A stretch of DNA of 64,000 nt from Nitrospirota bacterium (GTDB lineage Bacteria; Nitrospirota; Thermodesulfovibrionia; SZUA-242), in contig JALUUO010000016.1 in NCBI GenBank assembly GCA_027021335.1, positions 1,776 through 65,775 on the forward strand, written 5' to 3'. Shown in pieces: positions 50,703-59,932 of this stretch (positions are counted from its first letter, which is position 1; each line of letters opens with the position of its first letter). The translations under genes were made by a program, and so were the position numbers. The notes beneath the pieces were generated by a model that saw only the letters and a list, made by a program, of their open reading frames with translations, was not told the DNA's origin and ran no database searches.

Positions 50703-50817
50703 CTTATCAGATAACCTAATTATTGCATAAACTTTTGTATTGAGAGCGTTTTCCGATAGTGTGTTTTGATAGTCACTGTTGACATTCCGACAATTTGATA
50801 TTACTCAGGTATAGTGC

Positions 50818-51462
50818 ATGATAATAGCAATAGATGGGCCTGCCGGTGCCGGCAAAAGCACTGTTGCACGCCTGCTGGCAGATAAACTTGGTTTTGCCTA
50901 CCTTGATACCGGGGCTTTGTACAGGGCTTCGGCGCTTAAGGCCAAAAGGATGAACCTCTCATTTGAGGAGTCACCTGAAATACGAACTATGATGTCTGAA
51001 ATCGATATTCGTTTTGAAGGGGATAGGGTTTATCTGGATGGTGAAGATGTGAGTGAGGAAATCCGGACTCCTCAGGTAAGCCATCTTGCTTCGGTTATAT
51101 CGGCTATACCTTCTGTGCGCGAGCTGCTTCTTCCGCTTCAGCGTCGTGTTGGGCATGCGCAAAACACCGTGGCTGACGGCCGTGATATGGGAACGGTGGT
51201 TTTTCCCGACGCAGAGAATAAGATTTTTCTTGATGCATCATTAAAAGAAAGAGCAAGAAGGAGGTTTCTGGAGCTGCTTCAAAAAGGAGAAAAAAACAGT
51301 TCAGAAAAAGAGGTGGCGCAGGAAATAAAGATACGTGATGAACGCGATTCCTCACGGGTAGCAGCCCCTCTTAGGCGGGCTGTGGATGCAGTATATATAA
51401 ATACGGATAAACTGAACATAGACAAGGTCTTGGAAAAGATGCTGGAGTATATTGTTCTGTGA
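50818..51462 (+). CDS. cmk: Cytidylate kinase
   Basis: MIIAIDGPAGAGKSTVARLLA P-loop. 214 aa. Confidence 0.92.
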   Translation: MIIAIDGPAGAGKSTVARLLADKLGFAYLDTGALYRASALKAKRMNLSFEESPEIRTMMSEIDIRFEGDRVYLDGEDVSEEIRTPQVSHLASVISAIPSVRELLLPLQRRVGHAQNTVADGRDMGTVVFPDAENKIFLDASLKERARRRFLELLQKGEKNSSEKEVAQEIKIRDERDSSRVAAPLRRAVDAVYINTDKLNIDKVLEKMLEYIVL

Positions 51463-52316
51463 AGGTTATAACAGCAGGTAAGGCGGGGTTCTGTTTCGGT
51501 GTCAAAAGAGCTATTCAGATAGCTTTTGACACTGCTAAAGCTGATCCGACCGGAGTATTTACACTTGGTCCGATTATACATAACCCACAGGTGGTTGAGA
51601 AACTTAAGCTCGAAGGTGTGGGTGTGCTTGATGTAATGGATAATTTTGACGATGTTCGTGTTGTAATAGTTCGCTCTCACGGTGTTTCGCCGTTTGTTCA
51701 CGAAGAGATAAAAAATAAGGGATGCAAGGTGATTGATGCCACCTGTCCTTTTGTTAAGAAGGCCCAGGGTTATGCCCGAGGTCTGCACAAGGAAGGGTAC
51801 CAGGTGCTTATTGTGGGGGAAGAGGCGCATCCTGAGGTGCAGGGAATACTCGGCTATGCTGGTGGAGACGCTTTGGTTGTCGGGAAAGACGTTCATCTTG
51901 ATAATTTTTCAATCAAGCCTAAAATTGGTATAATTGCTCAGACAACTCAATCGTTCGGAAACTTGCAACGGGTTGTTAACGCTGCTTTACCCAGAGTAGC
52001 CGAACTTAAGGTTTATAACACCACATGTAACGCTACCAGAAAGCGACAGTTGGAAACAGCAAGGTTGGCCGGACAGGTTAACCTGATGTTTGTGGTGGGC
52101 GGCAAGAACAGCGCTAACACCAAGCGGTTAAAGACTATATGCGTGGAGAAGGGTGTGCATGTTTATCACGTGGAAACGGCCGAAGAGATAAAACCGGAAT
52201 GGCTGGAAGGCATCGAAACCGTGGGCATAACCGGAGGCGCCTCCACGCCTGACTGGATCATCCAGCAGGTGGAGAATCGACTTAAGGAGGTTAGCCAGAC
52301 TATCAACAATGACTGA
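51459..52316 (+). CDS. ispH: 4-hydroxy-3-methylbut-2-enyl diphosphate reductase
   Basis: LytB family with conserved Cys residues (CPFV..., ...TCNAT...). It lies in the conserved cmk-ispH-rpsA order. Confidence 0.88.
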   Translation: MKVITAGKAGFCFGVKRAIQIAFDTAKADPTGVFTLGPIIHNPQVVEKLKLEGVGVLDVMDNFDDVRVVIVRSHGVSPFVHEEIKNKGCKVIDATCPFVKKAQGYARGLHKEGYQVLIVGEEAHPEVQGILGYAGGDALVVGKDVHLDNFSIKPKIGIIAQTTQSFGNLQRVVNAALPRVAELKVYNTTCNATRKRQLETARLAGQVNLMFVVGGKNSANTKRLKTICVEKGVHVYHVETAEEIKPEWLEGIETVGITGGASTPDWIIQQVENRLKEVSQTINND

Positions 52317-53931
52317 GCCAAGAGAAAAAGAAACCGAAAAAGAAACATCAAAAGATGCTGGGCTGGAGGCGCTTTATGCCGAAAGTCTGAAACCTCTTGA
52401 GTCAGGCACAATTGTAAGAGGTGTGGTGGTTGATGTAAATCCCACCGGAGTAATGGTTGATATCGGATACAAGTCCGAAGGTGTGGTGCCTGCCGGAGAG
52501 TTTTCGGAAGAGGAGATTAAATCACTTAAACCCGGTGATGATATTTCTGTTTTTATTGTACATGTGAATGAATCCGAGGGAATAGTCTCTCTTTCCAAGG
52601 AGAGGGCCCGCAACGTTGAACTCTGGGATCGCCTGGAGGATGCATTTGCCAATAAAACGCCTGTGGAAGGTTCTATCGTGGCTAAGGTGAAGGGTGGAAT
52701 GAGTGTGGATATAGGCGGCGAGACGGTATTTCTTCCAGGTTCGCATATAAGTTTGAAGGTAGTTCATAACATGGATGAGTATCTCGGTTTGAAATGTCCC
52801 TTCAGAGTTATAAAAATAAATAAACATCGAAGAAATGCTATTGTTTCCAGAAGAATACTGCTTGAAGAAGATGTTCGCAAAAAAAGAGAGCAGACTATAG
52901 CCTCTCTTAAAGAGGGGGCTGTTATTGAAGGCACCGTTAAAAACATTACTGATTACGGTGTTTTTGTCGATTTAGGCGGTATTGACGGTCTTCTTCATAT
53001 TTCTGATATTTCCTGGGGGCGCATAAAACATCCATCTGAAAAATTTTCGGTGGGTGATTCAGTTTCTGTAGAGGTTTTAAGCTACAACCGGGAATCTGGA
53101 AAAGTAGCGCTTGGATACAAGAAAACCCCGGATCCATGGATTTCTGTAAACGAACGTTATTCTGCAGGAGACAGGGTTAAGGGCATAGTAAGAGGACTCA
53201 CAAATTATGGCATTTTTGTAGAGATAGAGGAAGGGGTCGAGGGGCTTGTCCATGTTTCAGAGCTGGTTTGGGGAGCCCGTCCCCGGCATGCCTCAGAGCT
53301 TTTCTCAAAGGGTGATACAGTTGAAGCGCTTGTCCTTAAGGTTGATAGTCAGAATAGACGAATCTCCCTCAGCATGAAGCGTCTTCAGCCTAATCCGTGG
53401 GAGACTGTACATGAACGTTACCACGAAGGGCAGTTGGTTCGTGGCCGAATTAAGAATCTTACAGATTTTGGGGCATTTGTGGGGCTCGAAAACGGAATCG
53501 ACGGGCTTATACATGTATCCGACATGTCCTGGACCAAGCACATAAGGCATCCCTCAGAAATATTGAAGAAGGGTGATGAGGTGGAAGCGATGACGCTGTC
53601 AGTTGAACCGGCAAGGGAGCGTATAGCTTTGGGGTTGAAGCAGTTGAGTCCCGATCCATGGCTTGCCGGACTTCCACAGCGTTTGAAGGTTGGGGATGTC
53701 TTCCCGGGACGTGTGATCAAAATGGTCGATTTCGGAATATTTGTAGAAATAGAAGATGCGGTAGAAGGCCTTGTTTACTCGTCTGAAATAGACCAGGAAC
53801 TGAATAAGGATCTACGGGAAAAAATTCACCCCGGAGACGTTATTAACGTTCGTGTTATTAAAGTTGATGCGAATGAGAGAAAGATAGGGCTCAGTATACA
53901 AGGGATGTCTCAGCAACATAATCAACAGTAG
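52309..53931 (+). CDS. rpsA: 30S ribosomal protein S1
   Basis: Multiple S1 RNA-binding domains (GxV...DxGGxDGLLHISD repeats). 540 aa. Confidence 0.92.
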   Translation: MTEPREKETEKETSKDAGLEALYAESLKPLESGTIVRGVVVDVNPTGVMVDIGYKSEGVVPAGEFSEEEIKSLKPGDDISVFIVHVNESEGIVSLSKERARNVELWDRLEDAFANKTPVEGSIVAKVKGGMSVDIGGETVFLPGSHISLKVVHNMDEYLGLKCPFRVIKINKHRRNAIVSRRILLEEDVRKKREQTIASLKEGAVIEGTVKNITDYGVFVDLGGIDGLLHISDISWGRIKHPSEKFSVGDSVSVEVLSYNRESGKVALGYKKTPDPWISVNERYSAGDRVKGIVRGLTNYGIFVEIEEGVEGLVHVSELVWGARPRHASELFSKGDTVEALVLKVDSQNRRISLSMKRLQPNPWETVHERYHEGQLVRGRIKNLTDFGAFVGLENGIDGLIHVSDMSWTKHIRHPSEILKKGDEVEAMTLSVEPARERIALGLKQLSPDPWLAGLPQRLKVGDVFPGRVIKMVDFGIFVEIEDAVEGLVYSSEIDQELNKDLREKIHPGDVINVRVIKVDANERKIGLSIQGMSQQHNQQ

Positions 53932-53975
53932 GGGGTATTTCTACTGATGAAAAAAGCTGTTTACGGTGATATATT

Positions 53976-54857
53976 ATGAAAAAAGGTTGTATTATAGCTG
54001 CGGGATTCATAGCTTTTTTAATCATAGTGAGCTTGGGTTTAACGCTGATTAGCGGGAGTCCGTCATCGGTTTTAAAGGGTAAGGTTGCTCTTGTAAAGAT
54101 AGAGGGAGTTCTGGGTATGGATGTTGATGCTTCTTCGATTATCGAGCAAGTGAAACAGTACCGTAAGGATTCCTCCATTAAGGCCATGGTGCTTCGTGTA
54201 AACAGCCCTGGTGGAGCGGTTGCTCCGGCTCAGGAGATTTATGCAGAGCTAAGAAAGTTCAGTGAGGAAAAAAGCATTGTTGCATCTATGGGAACCCTTG
54301 CCGCATCCGGAGGATACTATGTGTCTATTGCTGCCGAAAAAATATTAGCTAATCCCGGCACTATGACAGGCTCTATAGGTGTTATAATGGAAATCCCAAA
54401 TGTTGAGGGATTAATGAGTAAAGTTGGTATAAAAACCGAAGTCATAAAAAGCGGACGGCATAAAGATATGGCTTCTATGTTCCGCAGAATGTCAAAAGAG
54501 GAGAGGGATCTTCTTCAATCTCTTCTGGATGATGTTCATGATCAATTTATCGAGGCTGTTGCCGAGGGAAGGAACATGGATGTTGCTGATGTTCGTAAAA
54601 TTGCGGACGGAAGAGTTTTTACGGGTCGGCAGGCTATGAAGATGGGTCTGGTTGATGAATTGGGAACTCTTGAAGACGCGATTCTTATGGCCGCACAGTT
54701 TGGAGGAATAGAAGGAGAGCCGGAGGTTGTATCCAGGAAACGACATTTTTCAATAATGGATTTTTTGCGGGGGGATCTAAACGAAATGTTTGCTCACCTG
54801 GTTGGAAGAAGAGGTGTAATTCCGGCAATAGGATTGAAGTTCCTTTTCTCACCATAA
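53976..54857 (+). CDS. sppA: Signal peptide peptidase SppA (S49 family, 36K type)
   Basis: N-terminal TM. Catalytic region MGTLAASGGYYVSIAAEKI... Confidence 0.85.
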   Translation: MKKGCIIAAGFIAFLIIVSLGLTLISGSPSSVLKGKVALVKIEGVLGMDVDASSIIEQVKQYRKDSSIKAMVLRVNSPGGAVAPAQEIYAELRKFSEEKSIVASMGTLAASGGYYVSIAAEKILANPGTMTGSIGVIMEIPNVEGLMSKVGIKTEVIKSGRHKDMASMFRRMSKEERDLLQSLLDDVHDQFIEAVAEGRNMDVADVRKIADGRVFTGRQAMKMGLVDELGTLEDAILMAAQFGGIEGEPEVVSRKRHFSIMDFLRGDLNEMFAHLVGRRGVIPAIGLKFLFSP

Positions 54858-54966
54858 CGGCTTGGGCTAAAATAATTAATTAATACGGATAAAAACATGT
54901 ATTGCGATATGCCTTTGCAGCTTTTTAATTTTCAGTCTAAATATCAAATTAAAGGAGAATTGGATT

Positions 54967-55263
54967 ATGACTAGATCAGAACTTATGCGTCTTGTGTCGG
55001 AAAAGGTGCCTGGTTTTACCAAGCGTGAGATCGAAAATATAGTCAAGGAGATTCTCGAAGGCATAAAAGAGGCGCTTGCAATGGGAGAAAAGGTTGAAAT
55101 TCGTGGATTTGGAAATTTCAAGTTACGTCACCGCCGCGAACGTAGGGGCAGAAATCCTAAAACAGGAGATACCGTGAATGTCCCTGTAAAAAAGGTTCCA
55201 TTTTTCAAGGTAGGCAAAGAGTTCAGAGAGATGGTTAACCGGAAATCCTCTGCCGGTGACTGA
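54967..55263 (+). CDS. ihfB: Integration host factor beta subunit / HU-family DNA-binding protein
   Basis: MTRSELMRLVSEKVPGFTKREIENIVKEILEGIKEAL...GRNPKTGDTVNVPVKKVPFFKVGKEFRE. It lies downstream of rpsA, as in many proteobacteria. Confidence 0.85.
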   Translation: MTRSELMRLVSEKVPGFTKREIENIVKEILEGIKEALAMGEKVEIRGFGNFKLRHRRERRGRNPKTGDTVNVPVKKVPFFKVGKEFREMVNRKSSAGD

Positions 55264-55275
55264 GGACTCTCTTAG

Positions 55276-55677
55276 ATGGGGAACTCTCTGCGTGATATGC
55301 TCAAAGAATTAAATAGCATTCAGCACGGTCTGAGCCGACTGGTTGATGATGTAAGGTTGCGGCAGAACGAACGTTTGCAGGGGGGGGCATGGTGCCCTGC
55401 TGCTGATGTTTACGAATCTGAGAGCACCGTGGTTGTGAAGTTGGAAGTTCCTGGTGTGCAGCTTAATAATCTTGAAATATCATTTAAACACAACAGGCTT
55501 ATGCTTCGCGGCGAGAGGCGGTTTTCGAAAGACAGGGATCTGGAGAATTATCACCGTCTGGAGCGGCCCTACGGGGCTTTTAATAGGATTTTTCTGTTGC
55601 CAATCATTCCTGACCCCTCGTCTGTAAAGGCTGAGTACAAAGACGGCCTGCTAACTATTACAATACCTTTTTTGTAA
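55276..55677 (+). CDS. Small heat-shock protein (Hsp20/alpha-crystallin family)
   Basis: 133 aa with an alpha-crystallin domain (...VPGVQLNNLEISFKHNRLMLRGER...YGAFNRIFLLP...). Confidence 0.8.
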   Translation: MGNSLRDMLKELNSIQHGLSRLVDDVRLRQNERLQGGAWCPAADVYESESTVVVKLEVPGVQLNNLEISFKHNRLMLRGERRFSKDRDLENYHRLERPYGAFNRIFLLPIIPDPSSVKAEYKDGLLTITIPFL

Positions 55678-55704
55678 GAAAGGGTTGAACGGGTAGGTTT
55701 GCCA

Positions 55705-56631
55705 CTATAATTTTCTGCCAAGCAACTTGCGCATAAAGTTAGGTACCAGCGATGTTTTTTCTTTTAAAAGGTGTTTGATAGCCGGTAGCGATCTCTCTGC
55801 AGCCTCTTGTCCTTTCTGTACGCATTCTTCAAAGGACTCAAAGTCCGCCCAACTGATCTCCGGAATTTCCGGGACAATAAGAAAATCCGCATCCTTAGCC
55901 TGAAGATTGCTGAGGGTATAGCGGGTTATAGCGTTAGTTCTGCGTAGGATATCAAGAGCATTGTCAAGGGAATAGTCTTGTTCCAGCTTTCTGGCCACAT
56001 CTACGGCTATAACTATATTTGCTCCCAGCTTCCGGCATGGACCTACCGGAAGTTGGTCCACCCATCCTCCGTCCACGAGCAACCTGCCGTCAAAGTCTAT
56101 TGGCGGGAATATGCCGGGAATGGCTGAGGATGCAGCAACAGCCGGTCTTAAAGGGCCTTCTGTTAAGACCATTTCTTCGCCGGTATTGATATTTGTGCAG
56201 ATTACAGCAAGTGGAACTCTGGTATCCTGTATGGATATGTCATCAATTACGGAAGATATGTTTAGCATGTAGTTTTCGATGCTGACATAGGACTGCCTGG
56301 TCATTGAGACGCTGTAAAATATGCTTTTCTTCAGGTAGCGGGAAACCGCGGCAAAAAGACCATCTTCTACCGCAGCCTCATCTGCTACTTTCAGGAGATC
56401 GAATTTGATTTTACTGAATTTATCACTGCTTAAATATTCCCTGATTCTGCCAAGGATGATATCCGTATCCATATGCACGGCAAAGAGTGAGGCGATTATG
56501 GCTCCCATGCTTGTGCCGACAATTATATCGGGCCTTATGCCTTCTCTGAGAAGGACTTTAAGCACGCCTATGTGGGCAAACCCCCTGGCGGCTCCTCCAC
56601 CCAGAACAATACCTATTTTTTTATGTTTCAT
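55705..56631 (-). CDS. Patatin-like phospholipase
   Basis: GxGxxG (GIVLGGGAARG), GTSMGA serine nucleophile and a DGG motif. Confidence 0.85.
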   Translation of the reverse strand: MKHKKIGIVLGGGAARGFAHIGVLKVLLREGIRPDIIVGTSMGAIIASLFAVHMDTDIILGRIREYLSSDKFSKIKFDLLKVADEAAVEDGLFAAVSRYLKKSIFYSVSMTRQSYVSIENYMLNISSVIDDISIQDTRVPLAVICTNINTGEEMVLTEGPLRPAVAASSAIPGIFPPIDFDGRLLVDGGWVDQLPVGPCRKLGANIVIAVDVARKLEQDYSLDNALDILRRTNAITRYTLSNLQAKDADFLIVPEIPEISWADFESFEECVQKGQEAAERSLPAIKHLLKEKTSLVPNFMRKLLGRKL

Positions 56632-56651
56632 AATCAGGTGATTTGGGTGAT

Positions 56652-57194
56652 CTATTTTCCGGTTACTCCGCCGGATACTATGAATGTCATTACCCTGCCG
56701 CTTTCGGCGTCAAGCGGCGTCACCTTGTCTTTCGGCACCAAAATCAAGTTGCCTGCAAAGTTGTAGGATTGCGGCAGGTAGACCGCCACACGGTCGGCAT
56801 GTCCCCACTCTGCCATCGACTCCCTTGTGACAAAACCTGCAACCTTAATGCAGCCGTCTCCTGTTAATGTTACCAGCACGGGCTTATCAAAACTTTTTTT
56901 GTCGCCCACAAAGGCGCTCACAAGATCTTTTATAGAGGAGTACAGGAGCTTGATAAGAGGAAGTCGATTAAATATTTTATCCAGTAATCCCAGCAGCCGG
57001 CGTGTAAGTATGTTGGATGCCAAAAATCCTATTACCGTGATTACTGCGATCGTTACAAGGAAACCTGCGCCTGGAACAGGCAAGTCGATGAAGTTGTCAA
57101 TTTTAAGAAATGCAATATAGAAAACATAAACAGTAACAGCTAGAGGCACAAGAAACAGTAGTCCTTCAAAAAAATATTTTGTAAGTCTCTTCAC
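56652..57194 (-). CDS. DUF502-family membrane protein
   Basis: 180 aa with two N-terminal TM helices, resembling the DUF502 family. Confidence 0.6.
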   Translation of the reverse strand: MKRLTKYFFEGLLFLVPLAVTVYVFYIAFLKIDNFIDLPVPGAGFLVTIAVITVIGFLASNILTRRLLGLLDKIFNRLPLIKLLYSSIKDLVSAFVGDKKSFDKPVLVTLTGDGCIKVAGFVTRESMAEWGHADRVAVYLPQSYNFAGNLILVPKDKVTPLDAESGRVMTFIVSGGVTGK

Positions 57195-57481
57195 GTTTCA
57201 ATCTCCTTATTTAAAAGATCAAGACAATTATACAAATTAAAATTATAGTCTTGCTTTACGAATATAACACCTGCCTTTGTGCAAGTTAAAAAGCACCGGA
57301 CCGTTATGTGCTAAAACATGATACTTTTTTCTTGACATACATGGTACAGGATGCTAGTTTGATACTATCCATGATACGGTAAAACCGGCAATCACGGTGC
57401 CTGCTGTTTTATGAGTTTTTTATGAATTGTTATTAATTACAGGACCGGCTGTTGTGCCTGCCCCGTTTAAAGGAGAAGAAC

Positions 57482-58009
57482 ATGGAACCACCTGTTGTTG
57501 AGTATCGTTTTGTAAACTCATTCCATAAAATTTTTTTATTGTTAGTCTTAATCTTGTTGTTTAGTTATCCTGTTTTGTTTCCTGTGTATGTTTCATCTGG
57601 AGAGCCGCAGCAACAAACTAAGAAAGAAAAAGAAGAAGCTATATTAATTCTTCAAGTAGGGATAAGTTTAATTAAGCAAGAAATTAAGAGGGATCAGTCG
57701 ATTGTTTCTGCCGGTATCAGGGTTTCAAGGGACATAAGGAGAGTTAGGGAAACTTTAAGAAACGGTATAGCTAAAAAAGAAAAATTAATAGTTGACCTTA
57801 GATCATCGTTAGCCTCCAGTCTGCCTGCTGAAATTGATGCTTTGCAGGAGAATCTTGACCAGGAAAAAGAAATCTCGGGTGGTTTCATAACTTCCTCCAG
57901 AGTAAGAAGGCTGACTACGGAGACTATTAAACAATCTATCCCTGTAAAGCAGGATGTTTTGGCTGCTTTTGAACAGTTATTGTCAGAGTTAAAGCAGGAT
58001 TCAACTTAA
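57482..58009 (+). CDS. Hypothetical secreted/membrane coiled-coil protein
   Basis: AAGGAG RBS before ATG (MEPPVVEYRF...), a TM/signal segment and charged coiled-coil-like repeats. Confidence 0.45.
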   Translation: MEPPVVEYRFVNSFHKIFLLLVLILLFSYPVLFPVYVSSGEPQQQTKKEKEEAILILQVGISLIKQEIKRDQSIVSAGIRVSRDIRRVRETLRNGIAKKEKLIVDLRSSLASSLPAEIDALQENLDQEKEISGGFITSSRVRRLTTETIKQSIPVKQDVLAAFEQLLSELKQDST

Positions 58010-58206
58010 GTTTTTTCACAGTCATCCCATAAGCTCGTAAAGCAGGCCTAAAACTCCTTAGTCCCTAGCGAATTTCCTTAATTTGTCTCGCAGTTTTACT
58101 TGACATGTGTAGTTTAGAGTGATAGTTTTGTTGTACAAATACATGATTCAGAGTGGCGGCTATTTAGTAGTTGGTGCGGTCTTTCTTTGCCTGGAGGTTT
58201 GTTTCT

Positions 58207-58464
58207 ATGCAGAAGAAAGTTATTCTCCTGGTAGAGGATAATGCAGATGATGAAGATCTTACTTTACGTGCGCTTAAGAAAAGTAATATTCTGAATGAAG
58301 TTGTGATTCTTACATCATCAGATCAGGGTAAGGATGTTGTTAAAAGTTATGATTTAGGCTGTAACAGCTATATACGCAAACCTGTGGGTTTTACCCAATT
58401 TCACGAAGCGGTTCGGCATCTGGGTTTGTACCGGCTCCTGCTGAACATTGCTCCATCCAGGTAG
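58207..58464 (+). CDS. Single-domain response regulator receiver
   Basis: [26 protein letters not shown]... Confidence 0.65.
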   Translation: MQKKVILLVEDNADDEDLTLRALKKSNILNEVVILTSSDQGKDVVKSYDLGCNSYIRKPVGFTQFHEAVRHLGLYRLLLNIAPSR

Positions 58465-58476
58465 GGGGGCTTAATA

Positions 58477-59763
58477 ATGGGTAGACCAATTCGTGTTTTA
58501 ACTGTTGAAGATTCTGAAGACGACGCTCTGTTGCTTGTGCGTGAATTGCGGCGTGGCGGTTATGAGCCGTCTTTTAAACGCGTAGAGACAGGTGAAACGT
58601 TTTCTTCGGCCCTGGAAAATGAAACATGGGATGTCATCATTTCTGATTATTCGATGCCTGGATTCAGCTCGCCTGCTGCACTGGAACTCTTGAAAAAAAG
58701 CGGGCTTGATCTGCCGTTTATTATTGTTTCCGGAAAGATAGGTGAGGATACTGCTGTTGCAGCCATGAAGGCAGGGGCGCATGACTATATTATGAAGGAC
58801 AATATGGCACGGCTTATCCCTGTGGTCGACCGGGAGCTGCGCGAGGCGGAAGTGCGCAGGCAGAGAAAGCGTGCGGAAGAGCAGTTTTTACAATCACAAA
58901 AGATGGAGTCTATCGGCAGGCTGGCCGGAGGTATCGCCCATGATTTCAATAACCTGTTAACGAGCATTCTGGGTTATGGTGACTTGGCGCTCAGGCAGTC
59001 CAGCAAGAATAGTCCTCTTTATAGGGATATTAAAGAAATGATAAAAGCGGGTGAGAGGGCTGCAGTATTGACACGCCAGCTTCTGGCTTTCAGCCGTAAG
59101 CAGATTCTTGAACCAAATGTATTGCAGTTAAACAGTATTGTATCCGGCATAAACAAAATGTTCAGCCGTTTGATCGGCAAGGATATTGAGCTTGTTACGA
59201 TACTTGATCCTAAGTTGGGACGTATTAAAGCTGACTCCGGACAGATTGAGCAGGTAATTATGAACCTTGTCATCAATGCACGCGACGCCATGCCTCGGGG
59301 CGGAAAGCTCACTATCCAGACAAGTAACGTCTGCCTGGATGAAACATCTGTTCTTACGCATGATGAGGATATGCCGCCGGGCCGTTACGTAATGATGAGT
59401 GTTTCCGATACGGGAGTTGGTATGAACCATAAAGTTATGGCTCATATCTTCGAGCCTTTTTTTACCACAAAGGAACAGGGTAAGGGAACGGGGCTGGGAC
59501 TTTCGACTGTTTACGGAATTATAAAGCAGAGCGGAGGCTTTGTTTCTGTTGAAAGTATGCCGGGTATGGGAACAACATTTAATGTATACCTGCCGGACGT
59601 GGAAAAAGCGGCTCCGGTTGTTATGCATGAAGAATATCGAACCAACTCTTCTCACGGCAGCGAGACTGTTCTGGTGGTGGAGAATGAGGAGAGTGTTCGG
59701 GAATTGGTCTGTAGAGTTTTAAAGATGCAGGGCTATAATGTTCAACAGAAGTTTAAGAGATAA
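58477..59763 (+). CDS. Hybrid histidine kinase (N-terminal REC, HisKA, HATPase). The C-terminal second receiver domain is cut off after about 30 residues, so the gene is possibly truncated
   Basis: IRVLTVEDSEDDALLL...DVIISDYSMPGFS; GGIAHDFNNLLTSI; GVGMN; GTGLGLSTV. It ends ...VLVVENEESVRELVCRVLKMQGYNVQQKFKR*. Confidence 0.8.
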   Translation: MGRPIRVLTVEDSEDDALLLVRELRRGGYEPSFKRVETGETFSSALENETWDVIISDYSMPGFSSPAALELLKKSGLDLPFIIVSGKIGEDTAVAAMKAGAHDYIMKDNMARLIPVVDRELREAEVRRQRKRAEEQFLQSQKMESIGRLAGGIAHDFNNLLTSILGYGDLALRQSSKNSPLYRDIKEMIKAGERAAVLTRQLLAFSRKQILEPNVLQLNSIVSGINKMFSRLIGKDIELVTILDPKLGRIKADSGQIEQVIMNLVINARDAMPRGGKLTIQTSNVCLDETSVLTHDEDMPPGRYVMMSVSDTGVGMNHKVMAHIFEPFFTTKEQGKGTGLGLSTVYGIIKQSGGFVSVESMPGMGTTFNVYLPDVEKAAPVVMHEEYRTNSSHGSETVLVVENEESVRELVCRVLKMQGYNVQQKFKR

Positions 59764-59830
59764 AGTCTCTTTCTGTCTGTAACCCCGCAGGAGACTCTAT
59801 ATCTATTAATAACTGTCGCCTGATGAATTC

Positions 59831-59859
59831 TTGACATTAAAAGTTTTATTATATTATTT
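59831..59859 (+). promoter_or_regulatory. Candidate sigma-70 promoter for the TonB-dependent receptor (TTGACA -35 plus an AT-rich -10)
   Basis: cTTGACAttaaaagttttatTATATTATtt. The exact -10 position is ambiguous. Confidence 0.35.
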
Positions 59860-59932
59860 CACACAAAAGCAGGTACCCACACCTGCAGGTCTGCCCTTAC
59901 TGCGAACTCTGCCTAGGAAAAGTAAAAACTTT

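Noticed and set aside
59831-59932. N-terminal 34 codons of the ORF-track version of the TonB receptor (MTLKVLLYYFTQK...)
   Set aside because: The region contains a TTGACA/-10-like promoter and has no signal-peptide character. The ATG at 59933 followed by a signal-like hydrophobic stretch is more plausible.
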